Source: a virus (lineage: Duplodnaviria > Caudoviricetes). Taken from it: a DNA stretch of 26,549 bases. Below are positions 25,229 to 26,549 of this stretch, piece after piece. Below the pieces are notes generated by a model. The model made no database searches. It was not told the origin of the DNA and was given only the letters and a program-made list of their open reading frames with translations. A program made the translations under genes and the position numbers. Location: positions 1 to 26,549 of IMG/VR virus record IMGVR_UViG_3300037511_000418. One strand, 5' to 3'. Every line of letters begins with the position of its first letter. Positions within the stretch are counted from its first letter, which is position 1.

Positions 25229-25857
25229 GCCGGTTTCTCTCGTCCTCCCAGCAGGCATACAGCGAGAGTGATCGTTTCGCGCTCCGGCAACTGGTCGACG
25301 TTGGCGTCACGAGCAGCACCATCTACGCCTGCAGCGGTTATCGCTATCTGTTCGCCATGGGGAACACGTACACCCCCGTCGGCGTGCTGGGCGGCATTGA
25401 GCCCATACAGGAGGAAAGCGACCCGTTCCCGCGTGGCCTCAAGCTGTGGCTCGCTGCCATCAATTCCTCGCAACTCTATGAGCCGCTGCGCGAAGACATG
25501 TTCAATCGCACGGTAAAGGTCTGGGAAGCGTTCCTAGATCCTGACACCCTCGCGCTGTCCAACACGCCGGAGCTTAGGTGGCAGGGCCGCATCAACGAGG
25601 TAGAGATCAGGTTCAATGATTCGGAGCGCGGCAACTACTACGAGGTGAGCGCAGAGACGGAACTTCGCCGGACACCTCAGAAAGCCTACTTCAACAAGGA
25701 GACGCTCTGGCTCACCTACAGCGGTGACACGTTCTATGATTTGATGCATCTGATCCCAACGCAGCGGACGATGTGGGGGCAGGAGGCGACGAACTTCAGC
25801 GCGCCGGGAACTGTCCCGCGATCTCCGGCGCCTGGTGGGCGGTACCTGAACCCATGA
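25225..25857 (+). CDS. Tail tip/baseplate hub minor tail protein
   Basis: GNTYTPVGVLGGIEPIQE, RTVKVWEAFLD, WQGRI, YSGDTFY...WG patterns; position after Dit-like gene. Confidence 0.7.
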   Translation: MSRFLSSSQQAYSESDRFALRQLVDVGVTSSTIYACSGYRYLFAMGNTYTPVGVLGGIEPIQEESDPFPRGLKLWLAAINSSQLYEPLREDMFNRTVKVWEAFLDPDTLALSNTPELRWQGRINEVEIRFNDSERGNYYEVSAETELRRTPQKAYFNKETLWLTYSGDTFYDLMHLIPTQRTMWGQEATNFSAPGTVPRSPAPGGRYLNP

Positions 25858-26291
25858 ATCCGGACGCCGATATGCGTTATGCGCGACTCTCGCCGATCAT
25901 CGAGACGTACCGGCGGCTGCCTTTCGCCTGGTCAATCCATGACTGCGTGCTATTCGCGGCGCGCTGTGTCGATGCGCAACTCGCTACTCAGTTCGAGACG
26001 TTCGTTCAGCGGGATTTCAAATACGAGGGCCCGGTATCGGCGTTGCGAATCGTGAAGGATGCAGGCGGATGGGAGCCGCTCATCAGCCGGTATCTTGGGC
26101 CGTCGGTCGGTCCAGAGCAGCTGACCTTTGGTGACGTCGTACTCGGGCACAACGAGCCCCCACGTGAGCGCACGACGCTCATGGGCATATGTGACGAGGA
26201 GCTATTCATTGCGCCCGGCGCCTTCGAGCTCGAATGGCTCCCCATGACGAATGCGATCCGAGGTTGGAAGCTCGATCGCATTCCAAGATGA
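25854..26291 (+). CDS. NlpC/P60-like tail tip assembly protein (DUF6950-like)
   Basis: PFAWSIHDCVLFAARCVDA, GDVVL, MGIC motifs; ATGA coupling at 25854. Confidence 0.75.
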   Translation: MNPDADMRYARLSPIIETYRRLPFAWSIHDCVLFAARCVDAQLATQFETFVQRDFKYEGPVSALRIVKDAGGWEPLISRYLGPSVGPEQLTFGDVVLGHNEPPRERTTLMGICDEELFIAPGAFELEWLPMTNAIRGWKLDRIPR

Positions 26292-26294
26292 TCC

Positions 26295-26549
26295 ATGTCA
26301 GAAGCGTTTTCACAAGGGGCCAGCTACGTAGCGGGCTCGATCGCCTCGGAGGGTACGGCCACTTACGTAATCGCCTACGCGGCCGTCTATGCCGCGGAGA
26401 TCTACGCCCTCAATCGTGTGGCAGCCTCGCTGGGTGCCTCGAAGCCAAAAGGCGAGGGCAGGGGCCTTGAGGTGGCCATTACCGACACGGGGCAGGCAGC
26501 GTTCGCGCTCTATGGTCTCGTGCGTGTGTCCGGCGTCAACGTCATTCCG
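26295..26549 (+). CDS. Tail tip/host-specificity protein, 5' fragment truncated by window end
   Basis: Not in track; open to the end: MSEAFSQGASYVAG...YAAVYAAEIYALN...ALYGLVRVSGV, with hydrophobic N-terminus and YG.VRV.G motif of J-like proteins. Confidence 0.7.
   Translation, partial: MSEAFSQGASYVAGSIASEGTATYVIAYAAVYAAEIYALNRVAASLGASKPKGEGRGLEVAITDTGQAAFALYGLVRVSGVNVIP

Noticed and set aside
26234-26470. 78 aa track ORF at the window end
   Set aside because: The frame starting at ATG 26295 gives a more credible tail tip protein
1-26549. tRNA, rRNA, IS elements, introns, inteins
   Set aside because: None recognisable; genes are tightly packed and TerL is of normal length

Overview
GC-rich tailed-phage (or prophage) late region, almost entirely on the + strand. 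Order: Zn-finger ORF, TerS, TerL, a portal fused to a Mu gpF-like domain, three small coupled ORFs, Mu gpI-like protease/scaffold, capsid decoration protein, major capsid protein and an intrinsic terminator. An ~11 kb accessory block (7999-19014) then separates the capsid gene from the neck genes. It encodes two paralogous radical SAM (SPASM/twitch-type) enzymes, a GT4-methyltransferase-GT2 triple fusion, a sulfotransferase-like protein, two paralogous beta-rich proteins with different N-termini, and a repeat-bearing DNRLRE-like protein. It is followed by Mu-like neck genes and a non-contractile tail module (tube, frameshifted chaperones, tape measure, Dit-like protein with CBM inserts, hub, NlpC/P60-like protein, start of tail tip protein). 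The best candidate new system is a phage-encoded glycosylation/tailoring pathway acting on virion or exported proteins. A second signal is an unusual translation-initiation pattern: GGAGG 12-14 nt upstream of the start, with apparent ATA and CTG starts. All family calls come from motifs recognised by eye; no searches were run.
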